From positions 1 to 64,000 of the forward strand of contig CP147778.1 in NCBI GenBank assembly GCA_037305845.1: a stretch of 64,000 bases of DNA, given 5' to 3'. The notes below the pieces were generated by a model. That model made no database searches and was not told where the DNA came from. It was given only the letters and a program-made list of their open reading frames with translations. This DNA is from Candidatus Freyarchaeum deiterrae. Its GTDB lineage: Archaea > Asgardarchaeota > Jordiarchaeia > Jordiarchaeales > Jordiarchaeaceae. Shown here piece by piece: positions 19,840 through 31,000 of the stretch. Numbering within the stretch: position 1 is the stretch's first letter; the number at the start of each line of letters is the position of its first letter. The translations under genes and the position numbers were made by a program.

Positions 19840-21324
19840 ATGCCAGCTGATGCTCATAGAGAAATGCGTGTTGTTGCACTGAGTTCAGTGCTAGCCGCGG
19901 TTTTTCTGGTAACTTTTAAATTTTTGGTGGGGGTGCTCTCCAACAGCTTGGGCATTTTATCGGAGGCACTGCATTCTGGTCTGGATTTGGTGGCAGCGGC
20001 TATAACTTTATTAGCGGTGAGAGCCTCCGTCAAACCCGCGGATATTGACCATCAGTTTGGCCATGGAAAAATTGAGAATCTATCAGCACTTACCGAAACA
20101 ATACTTTTGTTTGTTACCTGTGCTTGGATTATTTGGGAGGCGGTAAATAGGCTATTGTGGACGAAGGCGGTTGTTGAGGTGAGCATATGGACATTTTTAA
20201 TCATGGGTGTATCCATTGTGATTGATTTTACACGTTCACGAGCATTATATCGCGTGGCTAGAAAACACAACAGTCAAGCTTTAGAAGCGGACGCTTTGCA
20301 CTTCAGCACAGACATCTGGAGCTCATCAGTAGTAATTGTTGGATTAGCTCTGGTCTGGGTTTCTGAAAACATAGGTTTAACCCCCTTGCTCCCGCAGCTC
20401 CAATACGTTTCTACCGAATTTTACGAACTCATCTATTTATACAATAATTTTCACGTTAATTATCTGCTTTACGCGGACTCTTTGGCGGCTCTAGTTGTAG
20501 CCGGTATTGTGCTTTTCGTAAGTTATAGGTTGGGAAGAAGAGCTGTGGACGCTCTTCTGGATAGAGCTCCTAAGGGAGTCTCCGAACGGGTGAAAAAAAT
20601 AGCAAGCGAAACAGAGGGGGTGCAGGAATGCACACTGGTACGAGTGAGACCCTCAGGACCTAGGTACTGGGTGGTAGTCAACTGCTCAATAAACGAGGCG
20701 GATTCTCTTAAAAAAGCTCACGACATCGCTCTAAATGTGGAGGAGAGAATTAAAGGAATCCTGCCCACCGCGGAGGTTGTAGTGCATACGGATCCCGCTG
20801 AAATAGACGGAGAACCGATAACTCTTAAAGTTAGAGACATAGCGGCGATAAACGAATTAAAGGTTCATGACGTCCACGTCCACGAGGTAGATAAGAAGAA
20901 TTACATCGATCTCCACCTTGAAGCTCCAGCTCGACTTTCGCTAAGAAAAACACACCAGTTGGCGGATAGTCTTGAAAAGGAAATCATGAAAAAGATACCC
21001 AAGGTTGAAGAGGTAAATATACATTTAGAGCCAGCGGAAAAACCACCACTAGAATATAGAGACGTTACCCAAGAATCAAAGGAGATGAGACAAGAAATCC
21101 AAAAACTGGTGGATGAAATGATTGGAGACGGCAAGTGTCACGAAATCCGAATTAGAGAAATAAAAAATAAATTCTATGTTTACATACATCTTACACTTGA
21201 CGAAAAAATGACCTTAAGAAAAGCACATAACATAACATCGAGAATGGAAGCAAAAATAAAAAAGAAAATCTCAGAAATAGAAGAAGTAAACATTCACGCG
21301 GAGCCTCCCACCTGGAAAATTTAG
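19840..21324 (+). CDS. Cation diffusion facilitator (FieF-like) with three C-terminal dimerisation domains
   Basis: EALHSGLD, HQFGHGKIE and DALHFSTD motifs; three repeats of L.KAH..A..E..I....EV.VH.(D/E)P. Confidence 0.85.
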   Translation: MPADAHREMRVVALSSVLAAVFLVTFKFLVGVLSNSLGILSEALHSGLDLVAAAITLLAVRASVKPADIDHQFGHGKIENLSALTETILLFVTCAWIIWEAVNRLLWTKAVVEVSIWTFLIMGVSIVIDFTRSRALYRVARKHNSQALEADALHFSTDIWSSSVVIVGLALVWVSENIGLTPLLPQLQYVSTEFYELIYLYNNFHVNYLLYADSLAALVVAGIVLFVSYRLGRRAVDALLDRAPKGVSERVKKIASETEGVQECTLVRVRPSGPRYWVVVNCSINEADSLKKAHDIALNVEERIKGILPTAEVVVHTDPAEIDGEPITLKVRDIAAINELKVHDVHVHEVDKKNYIDLHLEAPARLSLRKTHQLADSLEKEIMKKIPKVEEVNIHLEPAEKPPLEYRDVTQESKEMRQEIQKLVDEMIGDGKCHEIRIREIKNKFYVYIHLTLDEKMTLRKAHNITSRMEAKIKKKISEIEEVNIHAEPPTWKI

Positions 21325-21331
21325 AGCCACC

Positions 21332-21871
21332 TCACGCTCTATCAAACGCTGTTTTTACATCTCCCCTTTTTAAATACCCGACAATCAGCGCCCCGAATAT
21401 GATAGCAATTAATCCCACGAGATATATTGGCGATGTTGTATTCATCGTTTGATAAATTACTGTAATTGACAAGGGTATAAATATTATACCGCCGAATATT
21501 AAGAGTACTCCACTCAGTAACCCGAGCCACCTTCCCAATCTCCTCATATAGAGTAGACCGACACCAGCGATGATGGATAATCCTGAAGAAATCTCGCTAA
21601 TAAAAATCGCCAGAGGCATAATGCTGGTTAATTCTAAATCAGAAGACATAGAAGGAGATAAAAATAATATATCTAAAGATATTAGGAGTCGATTCAAATC
21701 CGTATTGGCATATGTTTTCAGAGTTTGGAGTAAGAAACTATAGTAGAGAATCTTAGAATAATACCCCGGGTCGTATGCAATCGTCCCTATTTCAATTAAA
21801 AAACCTAATGACGAAATAATTATAAAGAAAATAGCTATCACCAATACTCCACCCGGACGGTGAACGCTCAT
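21332..21871 (-). CDS. Hypothetical membrane protein (about 4 TM)
   Basis: RPGGV N-terminus, GLLYMRRLG and hydrophobic helices. Confidence 0.6.
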   Translation of the reverse strand: MSVHRPGGVLVIAIFFIIISSLGFLIEIGTIAYDPGYYSKILYYSFLLQTLKTYANTDLNRLLISLDILFLSPSMSSDLELTSIMPLAIFISEISSGLSIIAGVGLLYMRRLGRWLGLLSGVLLIFGGIIFIPLSITVIYQTMNTTSPIYLVGLIAIIFGALIVGYLKRGDVKTAFDRA

Positions 21872-22078
21872 ACGATTTCCCTACGCATGTACTATGAAAA
21901 GAAATAGGCATTGTTAAAATATTAAAGTATTTCGAAAGCGGTATGGGCACCTTACCTTTTATTCAAACTCATATCTGCGCCATCCATCAAATACCAAAAA
22001 TTCACAATTGCAAATAGGATAACAAGGAGTCTGGGTAAAAGTTCTGCTATGAGGAAGCCCAAAATATTGGGCAATAGA

Positions 22079-23410
22079 CTACTCTAGATCTTTGGCTCTG
22101 ACCTCGTGAAATTTCCTTTCCCCTTTCCACTCATCCACTATTGTTTGCGGCCAATCAATTTTCTCAAGTTTTTTGGCGGTATCCTTTGAAATAACACCGT
22201 TTTTCGCTTTTTCATCGACTACTTCTATGGGAACGTAAAAAGGTCTTTCTAGTTGTTCGTCCCATCCGATGAACAGCTCATCGTCGCCGTCAATATAAAG
22301 ACTGACATCGGTAAGTAACCCCCAGCCCATCTTTGTATAGTCTTTAACCCAGGCGGGAATATTGACCGCGGTGATATTTACTTTCTTTCCCTGCCCCTTA
22401 GCTTTGCTGAGTTCATCTTGGTCAATAACATCGATAAGATGGGTATGACCATAAACTATCCTCAAATCTTTGCTCTTCACAACTTTGTTTTTGGAGAATC
22501 TATCCCACCAATTGAGTACTCCTTTGACGGAGGCCCTATGATTATATCTTGTGCCAGCAAATTTGTTCCAGATGTCCCTTGCGTAAAGATAGAAAATACG
22601 TGGAAAACTTAAAACCAGCCAGATAATGACCAGACTCACATTGCCTAAAAGTGAAAAATTGGCAATCCAATAATCCCAATCATCCTGATTCAAACCAAGA
22701 AAACCAGGCAAATACTGCAAAAAGGGAAACTTAAAATTCAAGAAACTTGGGATACCCGTAAAATAATGTATAAGAAGAAAATTAATAACCGTAATTACTG
22801 AACTGATAACGAGCAAACCGACGAAAAGATTTCCATAGCTGCCAAACGCGAGAGCCCCATTTCGAATGTTTGGAAAAAGCTTCCAGGGTTGATACGTGAA
22901 AATTCTGTCGAACTGGTAACCATGAATAAACAAGTAATCTTTATCCCCTATTTTGAGAGTTGAAACCTTTCTCTTTTCACCCGTTAAAGGATAATCCTGA
23001 TCCTGAGTAGGATAAAGCTCTTCAACAATCCTCAGTTTAGTCTTTCCCGATGGATATGTTCCAATATAAGGCTTCAAGTCGTAATCATGATTACCCAGAA
23101 TGTAAATCTTCTCGCAATTTAATTTTTCAAGTATATTGAAAATCGGTCTACTACAGAGTTCAACTCCACGGTCGGTAGAGTCCCAAAGCTCCATAACATC
23201 CCCGAGCATAATCAGCTTTTCCGAAGGCTTCAAAACCTTCTCTTTACGCTCTTTTCCCCAATGGCCTAACTTAATTTTAACCTTCTCGCCTTCCCTTAAG
23301 CGAATAAGCCAATTAATAAAACTCCCCAACTTCTCTGGATTACTATATTGATTCTTTCTCCGGCTCCCTAAATGAATATCCGAAACCGCGAAAATACTAC
23401 CTTCACCCAA
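22079..23410 (-). CDS. Calcineurin-like metallophosphoesterase with inserted TM segments
   Basis: SDIHLG, LGDVME, GNHD, HGYQFD and GHTH motifs; two hydrophobic helices in the middle. Confidence 0.8.
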   Translation of the reverse strand: MGEGSIFAVSDIHLGSRRKNQYSNPEKLGSFINWLIRLREGEKVKIKLGHWGKERKEKVLKPSEKLIMLGDVMELWDSTDRGVELCSRPIFNILEKLNCEKIYILGNHDYDLKPYIGTYPSGKTKLRIVEELYPTQDQDYPLTGEKRKVSTLKIGDKDYLFIHGYQFDRIFTYQPWKLFPNIRNGALAFGSYGNLFVGLLVISSVITVINFLLIHYFTGIPSFLNFKFPFLQYLPGFLGLNQDDWDYWIANFSLLGNVSLVIIWLVLSFPRIFYLYARDIWNKFAGTRYNHRASVKGVLNWWDRFSKNKVVKSKDLRIVYGHTHLIDVIDQDELSKAKGQGKKVNITAVNIPAWVKDYTKMGWGLLTDVSLYIDGDDELFIGWDEQLERPFYVPIEVVDEKAKNGVISKDTAKKLEKIDWPQTIVDEWKGERKFHEVRAKDLE

Positions 23411-23562
23411 TCAAAAGCGCCTCCTAAACAACCAACCATTCAACAAACAAACAGGGAAGACAACAAAAATTTATTTACAGATGCTACACAGCCCTATTAA
23501 ACTTTTACAACCAGTTACGGATACCTTAAACTTAAGGGTTTTGTCACCCAAGTTAAGTTTTC

Positions 23563-24357
23563 TCACAAGTCTAAACCTGTCTTCCTTTTTGGCCAACCGA
23601 CAGTAGTCATGTAAATGGCGGTTTCGCTTATTCCATCCACACCTATCAACCCATTAACCTGCTCATCGAAAAATGCGCCAATCGAGCATACACCTAGTCC
23701 AGATGCTTCTCCTGCCAAGTAAAGGTTCTGAGCAATATGTCCCGCATCAAGGTAAATGTATCGGTATGCCCTCTGACTATATTTCCACTTTGACCGCTCA
23801 ACCACCGCAGAATATACAAAAGTTACCTGAGCGTTCCTAACCATATCCTGCCCTAAAGCCGCCTCAGCCAGTTCCTTGGAGAAATCACCCTTCTTTAAAA
23901 ATTCAAGGTCAAAGTTCTGCGGTCTAAAATGATAAATACCAGGTTCAAGACCGTCTACCAGTCTAACATTAAGATACACCTCTACGGGATACAATCCACC
24001 CGCGGATGGTGCAGTTTTAAAAAAAGTATCTCCGTATATCGCAGTTACTCCCTGAGCAGCCCACAGAAGAACTGAAAGTAATTCAAGCTTAAGGGACCGC
24101 TCCGCATCATACGCCCTCCTCGATCTCCGGGTATTCAGGACAGTCCAGAGATTTGGACCTCCGGTGATTTCGGGCTCTGGGAGTGAAATTATTGCGATAG
24201 GAGACTCATGGTTTTTGAAAGGTTGGGGACGACGGCTCCAATCTAGGGAGCGTCCCCCTAAGTTCTCAGGCGTATACTTGGTTTCCTGCTGGAAGCGGTC
24301 TCCCGCTCCCATCCTTTCATCACTCGTATCTTTAGAGGTTCTACGCATTTTCAACAC
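23563..24357 (-). CDS. SagB/ThcOx-family nitroreductase-like dehydrogenase
   Basis: [28 protein letters not shown] and IGAFFD motifs. Confidence 0.85.
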   Translation of the reverse strand: MLKMRRTSKDTSDERMGAGDRFQQETKYTPENLGGRSLDWSRRPQPFKNHESPIAIISLPEPEITGGPNLWTVLNTRRSRRAYDAERSLKLELLSVLLWAAQGVTAIYGDTFFKTAPSAGGLYPVEVYLNVRLVDGLEPGIYHFRPQNFDLEFLKKGDFSKELAEAALGQDMVRNAQVTFVYSAVVERSKWKYSQRAYRYIYLDAGHIAQNLYLAGEASGLGVCSIGAFFDEQVNGLIGVDGISETAIYMTTVGWPKRKTGLDL

Positions 24358-24919
24358 TTATTGGCTTTTTACCCGTTTTAAGGTAGTTTATTACTTCGTC
24401 TATGGGGGGCAGCTCATGTAGAGGATAAACCTTAATGAATTCCACTTTTCCGTTCTCGTCGATAATTATGTTCGCCCTTCCTGAAATGCCCGGCTTGTCC
24501 AAAAAGACACCGTACCGTTTGGCAACGTCTCCGTGCGGCCAGAAATCGGATAGTAACCTAGTGTCCTTTATGCCCAAAGACTCTGCCCACGCATTCTTTG
24601 TTGGCGTGGCATCAACGCTTAGTCCAACGGCAACCGTGTTTAAATCATCGAATACTGCTTTGTTGCTCTCCAGCGATTTCATCTGATCCGCGCAAACCGA
24701 TGTCCACGCAAGTGGGTGGAACGACAGCAGAACCTTCTTACCCCTGAAATCGGACAACTTGAACTCCTTATCACGATGATCCCTCAAAGCAAAATCTGGA
24801 GCCTTATCCCCAACTTTCAATACTTTAGATCCAATTTTCCTTTCCATTATCACACCTCCACCACAATATTGCAACAATTGGCAAGGAGTAATAATTAATA
24901 AACTTAACCCACCCACCAA
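24341..24919 (-). CDS. Peroxiredoxin (AhpE/AhpC-TSA family)
   Basis: [18 protein letters not shown] (PxxxTxxC) and LLSDFWPHG motifs. Start probably 24847. Confidence 0.85.
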   Translation of the reverse strand: MVGGLSLLIITPCQLLQYCGGGVIMERKIGSKVLKVGDKAPDFALRDHRDKEFKLSDFRGKKVLLSFHPLAWTSVCADQMKSLESNKAVFDDLNTVAVGLSVDATPTKNAWAESLGIKDTRLLSDFWPHGDVAKRYGVFLDKPGISGRANIIIDENGKVEFIKVYPLHELPPIDEVINYLKTGKKPISVENA

Positions 24920-25001
24920 AAAAGCAACCCCCTAAATATACTTAAACACAAAAAAAGATAAGAAAAATCAAAAAACCACACCCATCCCGCAAACAAGAAC
25001 A

Positions 25002-25059
25002 GGGTAGAGGGTTGGGGGATTGGGGGGCAGGGGGAAGGGGGTTGGGGGGTAAAGGGGGG
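25002..25059 (+). repeat. G-tract cluster (potential G-quadruplex)
   Basis: GGG-TT-GGGGG-ATT-GGGGGG-CA-GGGGG-AA-GGGGG-TT-GGGGGG-TAAA-GGGGGG, directly after the Lrp stop codon. Confidence 0.6.
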
Positions 25060-25518
25060 TTACTGCTTTAATTTTATACCAGCCAGTTTTATTGTTTCAA
25101 GAACCACGTGGCTCTCCACCTTCTCGATTCCCTGAACTCCGGATATCTTCGAAATTAGGTCGAGGGCTTCCTGCCGGTTTTTACACATTCCCAGAACTAA
25201 CAGGTCGCAGTCTCCGGAGACTCTCAGAACTACGTAGACCCGGTCCAGAACCGCTATCTCTCTTCCAACGGCGGAGAGATCCGCCCCAGTCTTGGCGGAA
25301 ATACGGATGCACAAGGGGTACATGTCCGTGTATTCGGGGTCCAGGATGGTAGTGTATCCTCTTATTACTTTGTCTTCTTCCAGCTTTTTTATCCTGCTCG
25401 CTACGTTCGCGTGGCTTACACCCAGTTCCTTCGCTATGTCACGGTAGGAGAGCCGGGAATCACGGGAAAGCAACTGCAATATCTTATTATCAAGTTCGTC
25501 CAAATGCATCACTCTCAA
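25060..25518 (-). CDS. Lrp/AsnC family transcriptional regulator
   Basis: LDELDNKIL..L..DSR.SY.DIAKELGVS HTH and C-terminal RAM domain (SGDCDL). Confidence 0.9.
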   Translation of the reverse strand: MRVMHLDELDNKILQLLSRDSRLSYRDIAKELGVSHANVASRIKKLEEDKVIRGYTTILDPEYTDMYPLCIRISAKTGADLSAVGREIAVLDRVYVVLRVSGDCDLLVLGMCKNRQEALDLISKISGVQGIEKVESHVVLETIKLAGIKLKQ

Positions 25519-25529
25519 CCAAACTAGAC

Positions 25530-25838
25530 CTAAAGGTTGATTACCCTCTGATCCTCACTAAACAATAAATCGATGAGCCGGTCGTAATCTATCAATTCCA
25601 CATCGGATATCAGGTAATCCTGAACGCCCCGCTTCTCCAGATCTTTCGCTAAGGCATGGAAACTGACACCCTTACCCAACAAATCTTTCACCGCTCCGGA
25701 ATGCTCATTGTTTCCCAGAGCAAGGTAAACCGCGTCCTGAATTAGAACAACACCAACATCCTTTCCCTTCTCTTTCAATTTCTCAACAAGAGTCAGGGAG
25801 TCGAATTCCTTCTTGTTTAGAAAAATCAAAGTTCGCAT
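25530..25838 (-). CDS. dsrH: DsrH/TusB family sulfur relay protein
   Basis: LIQDAVYLA, DLEKRGV and IDYD.LIDL motifs; follows dsrE/dsrF. Confidence 0.8.
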   Translation of the reverse strand: MRTLIFLNKKEFDSLTLVEKLKEKGKDVGVVLIQDAVYLALGNNEHSGAVKDLLGKGVSFHALAKDLEKRGVQDYLISDVELIDYDRLIDLLFSEDQRVINL

Positions 25839-25862
25839 GATTTCACCACACCACCTTTTTTT

Positions 25863-26204
25863 TCAGAAGACCATTGAGGCTTGTGCAGCTAAGAGAAGCT
25901 CCGAAATTTTTTCTCTATCCACGACTTCGGCTTCAGAAATAACGTCCCCTTTAAGAAAACCCCTTTCCTTCAACGCCTCCTCTTCCACGTAGAGCTTTAT
26001 CTCCATGCCCTGAAATATTTCAAAGAACTGACTGGTCAAAGTTTTGTCCGCGTTCTTCAGAGCCGCGTAGACCCCGTCACCCATCCAAAACAGTATCACC
26101 CGATGCTGCGACAAAAGACCAGAAGCCGTACGAAGAGCCTCATAATAGTTCAAACTGGAATAAGGCTTCGACTTCACAACAACCATAACCGTCTTCTCAG
26201 ACAT
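25863..26204 (-). CDS. dsrF: DsrF/TusC family protein
   Basis: KPYSS...EALR, GDGVY and EALKERG motifs. Confidence 0.75.
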   Translation of the reverse strand: MSEKTVMVVVKSKPYSSLNYYEALRTASGLLSQHRVILFWMGDGVYAALKNADKTLTSQFFEIFQGMEIKLYVEEEALKERGFLKGDVISEAEVVDREKISELLLAAQASMVF

Positions 26205-26205
26205 C

Positions 26206-26580
26206 TCAATTCCTCTCCACGAAATTAATCACCACATCAGACTCAGCAACCATATCCGCCAAATCGTAAATACCCCCAATCTCCACACCCTCAGGCACCA
26301 TGTCCTGTTTCACACCGCGCAACTCCGAGCAAACTCTGCAAGCAACAATACGAACCCCCTTACCGAGCAGCTCCGCCAGCTTCTCCGAAACCGAACGCAT
26401 GTGGAAAGGCTCACCGCTCTGCGAAGTGAGGGAATTATAAACCCCGTCCATCATCAGAAAAATGTTCACCTTAAGACCCTTCCTAAGGGCAGCTTGAGCA
26501 ATCTCGTACACTTGGTCAGCACTATCATGTTCAAAAGGAGGGTCGAACAAGAGAATCGAAAGAGCCGGCAACCAACTCAC
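26206..26580 (-). CDS. dsrE: DsrE/TusD family sulfur transfer protein
   Basis: FLMMDGVY and ACRVCSELRG active-site region. Confidence 0.8.
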   Translation of the reverse strand: MSWLPALSILLFDPPFEHDSADQVYEIAQAALRKGLKVNIFLMMDGVYNSLTSQSGEPFHMRSVSEKLAELLGKGVRIVACRVCSELRGVKQDMVPEGVEIGGIYDLADMVAESDVVINFVERN

Positions 26581-26819
26581 GCCCCCTTCCTTACGATGTA
26601 GGTGAAGACCCCGTCGCTCTCATACTGTTCCAAAAGTTTGTTCCCAGTCTTTCTGCACCAGGATTCAAAGTCCCTTTTGCTTCCAGGATCTGTGCAGAGC
26701 ACTTTGAGAACCTCTCCTGGCTTCATTTCGTCCATTTCCTTTTTCATCTTCACAATAGGCACGGGACAGTTCATTCCTCGGCAATCAAGAACTTTATTAA
26801 CCGATTGGTCACTAACCAT
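26577..26819 (-). CDS. tusA: Sulfurtransferase TusA
   Basis: LDCRGMNCPVP (CPxP), TDPGS..DF..WC..TGN motifs. Confidence 0.9.
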   Translation of the reverse strand: MVSDQSVNKVLDCRGMNCPVPIVKMKKEMDEMKPGEVLKVLCTDPGSKRDFESWCRKTGNKLLEQYESDGVFTYIVRKGA

Positions 26820-26971
26820 ATCAAATCACAACCAATTGAATGTTATTAAGAAAGAAAAGTTACCAAGTGTATTTAAATCTTTATACAACTTTAATAACCA
26901 CTTTATAGAAAAAATAAGCATATATTAGTAGAAAAGAATTACTCCAACCCGGATTATCTCGCATTAACCCT

Positions 26972-27571
26972 CTAATTTTTCTTCATCTTCCTCAGCTTTT
27001 GCATTGCCAGACCCAACTGGTTCTCCTTCAACCCTGAAACAACCAAAATATGCGGATCCTCCACCCTGACCAATGTGTAACCGTTCTCCCCGTGCACGAC
27101 GTATTCCTCAATCTTTCCCGTAGAGAAGGTCTCCGAAATCTTTCCAGTTTTTTCAAGAGCCTCAACGATTATTCCACCAATCTCATGCGCCTTACTATAC
27201 CTTAGTTTGCTAGCTTTAACTTTCCCATCCATGTCCACAACTGCGATATCTAATCCACTCGAAAATTGCAACCTCTCAATAATTTCATTAAGAAACGATT
27301 GTCCCTCCTCCAATTCAGCTAACTCGGCCTCCGCACCCTTCCTTATGATGTAGATGGAGACCTCGCCCTCCTTACGCTCTTCCAAAATCTGGCTTTCAAC
27401 CTCTTTGAACAGAGATTCAAAGTCACCCTTGATACTGGGATTCATGGTAAGCACTTTGAGGGTTTCACCCGAGTTCAATTCGCCTAATTCTTTCTTGGTC
27501 TTCGCAGTGCACACTACAGTGTTCAGTTCCCCACAATAAAGAACCCTATTAACCGACTGGTCATCTTTCAT
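26972..27571 (-). CDS. Degenerate TusA-like domain fused to a Roadblock/LC7 domain
   Basis: N-terminal ~80 aa align to the adjacent TusA (DQSVN.VL, GE.LKVL, YI.RKGA) but lack CPxP. C-terminus has AVVDMDG.V.AS, V.GENGY and NQLGL, as in Roadblock domains. Confidence 0.7.
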   Translation of the reverse strand: MKDDQSVNRVLYCGELNTVVCTAKTKKELGELNSGETLKVLTMNPSIKGDFESLFKEVESQILEERKEGEVSIYIIRKGAEAELAELEEGQSFLNEIIERLQFSSGLDIAVVDMDGKVKASKLRYSKAHEIGGIIVEALEKTGKISETFSTGKIEEYVVHGENGYTLVRVEDPHILVVSGLKENQLGLAMQKLRKMKKN

Positions 27572-27968
27572 AACAATTCACAACCAATTGCCATTTTTCA
27601 TATAAAGAAAATAACCAGATGTATATAAACTTATCACAAATTTTTGTTAACTATTTAATAGAATAAATAAAACCTGAACACCACAACACCTCCACCAGAA
27701 ATTTAGGAGAACCGAAAACAGCAAAAAGCACACATAACACCCAGAAAGATGAAAAAGCACCAAAAAAAACCCGAAAAACCCACTTTCCAGAACAAATCTC
27801 CCACAAAATACAAAAAAGAATTATCATGATTCGAAACACTAGAAACAGGTTCCCCAACGTCGAACAGACACAAAGAAAACATAAGATACAACCAAAGAAG
27901 CAAAAGCGAACACAAAAAACCCTCCCCACTACTCGAACACATTTAAAAAGAACATGCATTTTTTCCAG

Positions 27969-28040
27969 TGTTCGAGTAAACCCTCCCAAAAGAAGCCTTT
28001 ATAAGATTCTAAATCTAAAAATAAGTAATATAATATAACC
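27969..28040 (+). promoter_or_regulatory. CRISPR leader (array 1)
   Basis: AT-rich, with AGAAGCCTTTATAA BRE/TATA-like box, abutting the first repeat; homologous to 40055-40126. Confidence 0.8.
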
Positions 28041-31000
28041 CTTGCAAAAGCAGTTCCTCAGTAACGAGGATTGAAAGCTTCGACTCCTGGAGAATCTTAA
28101 TGATAAGACCAGAACTGTACTTGCAAAAGCAGTTCCTCAGTAACGAGGATTGAAAGACGTTCTTGCCCATGTGGCCCACATCGTGGAGGCTCTTCTTGCA
28201 AAAGCAGTTCCTCAGTAACGAGGATTGAAAGTCCACCAGATTCAAGAAACCATCAATTAAAAGCTGCTGGTCTTGCAAAAGCAGTTCCTCAGTAACGAGG
28301 ATTGAAAGGTTTGAACTTTCCTGGTCATGCGCGAATCTGCAGTTGCTTGCAAAAGCAGTTCCTCAGTAACGAGGATTGAAAGAAATTCCTGAATGCAGTG
28401 ACTGAGACGAAGAAAGAGGACTTGCAAAAGCAGTTCCTCAGTAACGAGGATTGAAAGAACCTTTGAGTGAGCATTCTCAATCAGTTTGAAGTCAACTTGC
28501 AAAAGCAGTTCCTCAGTAACGAGGATTGAAAGTCCAAGATGTTTTCTTCGGAACCGCAACACTCTTGGTGACTTGCAAAAGCAGTTCCTCAGTAACGAGG
28601 ATTGAAAGACAATCACAGTCTTCCCCTCAAGGATCTTGCCGATAATCTTGCAAAAGCAGTTCCTCAGTAACGAGGATTGAAAGGGGTCTGTGTGTTTTTG
28701 GTGTATTACTATTGGTATATTACTTGCAAAAGCAGTTCCTCAGTAACGAGGATTGAAAGTCAGAAGCAGGGAGATGTGGAACCCAAGCCGCATCGACTTG
28801 CAAAAGCAGTTCCTCAGTAACGAGGATTGAAAGTTTTTTACTTGTGTGAGGTTTGGTTCCTTTTTTTGGTTCTTGCAAAAGCAGTTCCTCAGTAACGAGG
28901 ATTGAAAGTCAAACAATCCGACATCGAAGAACTGGGCCTCTATTTCCTTGCAAAAGCAGTTCCTCAGTAACGAGGATTGAAAGAACCAGGAGTATTAACC
29001 ACCAGTATAAAGGCGATATCCGCTTGCAAAAGCAGTTCCTCAGTAACGAGGATTGAAAGTTTCTTTTAGAACTCGTTGGCATTGAATAATTTTCTTTCCT
29101 TGCAAAAGCAGTTCCTCAGTAACGAGGATTGAAAGAAATGTAACTGATGCGATTTTCCAGATTTTTTATTTATTCCTTGCAAAAGCAGTTCCTCAGTAAC
29201 GAGGATTGAAAGTCAATTTGGCTCGCGAACCAAGAGCAAGTGATGTTTTCTTGCAAAAGCAGTTCCTCAGTAACGAGGATTGAAAGAAACGATAGCTTGT
29301 ATGGTTTAAGCTACGTCTACAACACTTGCAAAAGCAGTTCCTCAGTAACGAGGATTGAAAGACGTAACCCTCCCCGCGATCTGCGGCATCGGCAGCATTA
29401 CTTGCAAAAGCAGTTCCTCAGTAACGAGGATTGAAAGCAGTCATCGCACTTGTAGACCGCAACAAATGGCTGCCTTGCAAAAGCAGTTCCTCAGTAACGA
29501 GGATTGAAAGACTTTGATTTTCTGAATGAAGGTCTTCATTTTATCGCTCCTTGCAAAAGCAGTTCCTCAGTAACGAGGATTGAAAGTAAATATAGGTGAT
29601 CAAATTCCCGACTTTATCGTAACTTGCAAAAGCAGTTCCTCAGTAACGAGGATTGAAAGATTCAAAAGTACAGAGATTGAAAAAAATTTAGAGGAACTTG
29701 CAAAAGCAGTTCCTCAGTAACGAGGATTGAAAGAGACAGATAATGTGAAGAAAGGAAACAGGTTCACTATGGCTTGCAAAAGCAGTTCCTCAGTAACGAG
29801 GATTGAAAGTTGAAGAATCTCACTGAGGTTATCTTCGCGTATCCTACCTTGCAAAAGCAGTTCCTCAGTAACGAGGATTGAAAGTCTTTATATTCGGAGG
29901 CTGTGAGTCGTGTTTTTAAGACTTGCAAAAGCAGTTCCTCAGTAACGAGGATTGAAAGCTTCCTGTTTTGTGTTGTTGGTTGTAACTTGTTTCGACTTGC
30001 AAAAGCAGTTCCTCAGTAACGAGGATTGAAAGAACTCTACCGATTATTTTCCAAAGCAACTCACTAAACACTTGCAAAAGCAGTTCCTCAGTAACGAGGA
30101 TTGAAAGGCGATCGCTGGGTCGAGCTCAAACGGTATATTATAGCTTGCAAAAGCAGTTCCTCAGTAACGAGGATTGAAAGCGAGATTCCCCATCCAGCAC
30201 CAGCTCGAGACACAATGAACTTGCAAAAGCAGTTCCTCAGTAACGAGGATTGAAAGATAGATAATTTTGCAGATAAAGAGTGTGATTTGTTTTTCTTGCA
30301 AAAGCAGTTCCTCAGTAACGAGGATTGAAAGCGTTCCCTGCACACGACCACTCATACGTAGGAAAACCACTTGCAAAAGCAGTTCCTCAGTAACGAGGAT
30401 TGAAAGGAGAGTGGGGAAAGATATGATGAGTTTGGAGGAGACTAGCTTGCAAAAGCAGTTCCTCAGTAACGAGGATTGAAAGTTCTTATCTATATCAACC
30501 ACAAACCCTAAACCTAATCTTGCAAAAGCAGTTCCTCAGTAACGAGGATTGAAAGTCGAAACGTGACTAAAGCCTTCCTCGATGTCTTCAATACTTGCAA
30601 AAGCAGTTCCTCAGTAACGAGGATTGAAAGTAAACCGAGTCACTGTAAGGCTGAAGAACCCAAGTACCGGCTTGCAAAAGCAGTTCCTCAGTAACGAGGA
30701 TTGAAAGTTAACCCAACTAAGGATTCTCTTAGTCGCTGCATCGCAACTTGCAAAAGCAGTTCCTCAGTAACGAGGATTGAAAGGAGTTTGCAGAGCTTCA
30801 CGGACACCACATCTTTGGTTCTGCTTGCAAAAGCAGTTCCTCAGTAACGAGGATTGAAAGTCAGTATTTTAAGCAACTCTTTAACATTGTATAGTGACTT
30901 GCAAAAGCAGTTCCTCAGTAACGAGGATTGAAAGTGGAATGGTTCTGCTTTTCATAGCAATAATTGTTGGACTTGCAAAAGCAGTTCCTCAGTAACGAGG

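Noticed and set aside
27651-28038. ORFs 27651-27989, 27703-27942 and 27826-28038
   Set aside because: Low-complexity translations of the skewed leader region, with no recognisable motifs.
30033-30070. Spacer sharing TTTTCCAAAGC with 49104-49114 and a similar stretch near 41344 (possible self-targeting)
   Set aside because: Only about 11 contiguous nt in mid-spacer, which is expected by chance given 64 spacers.
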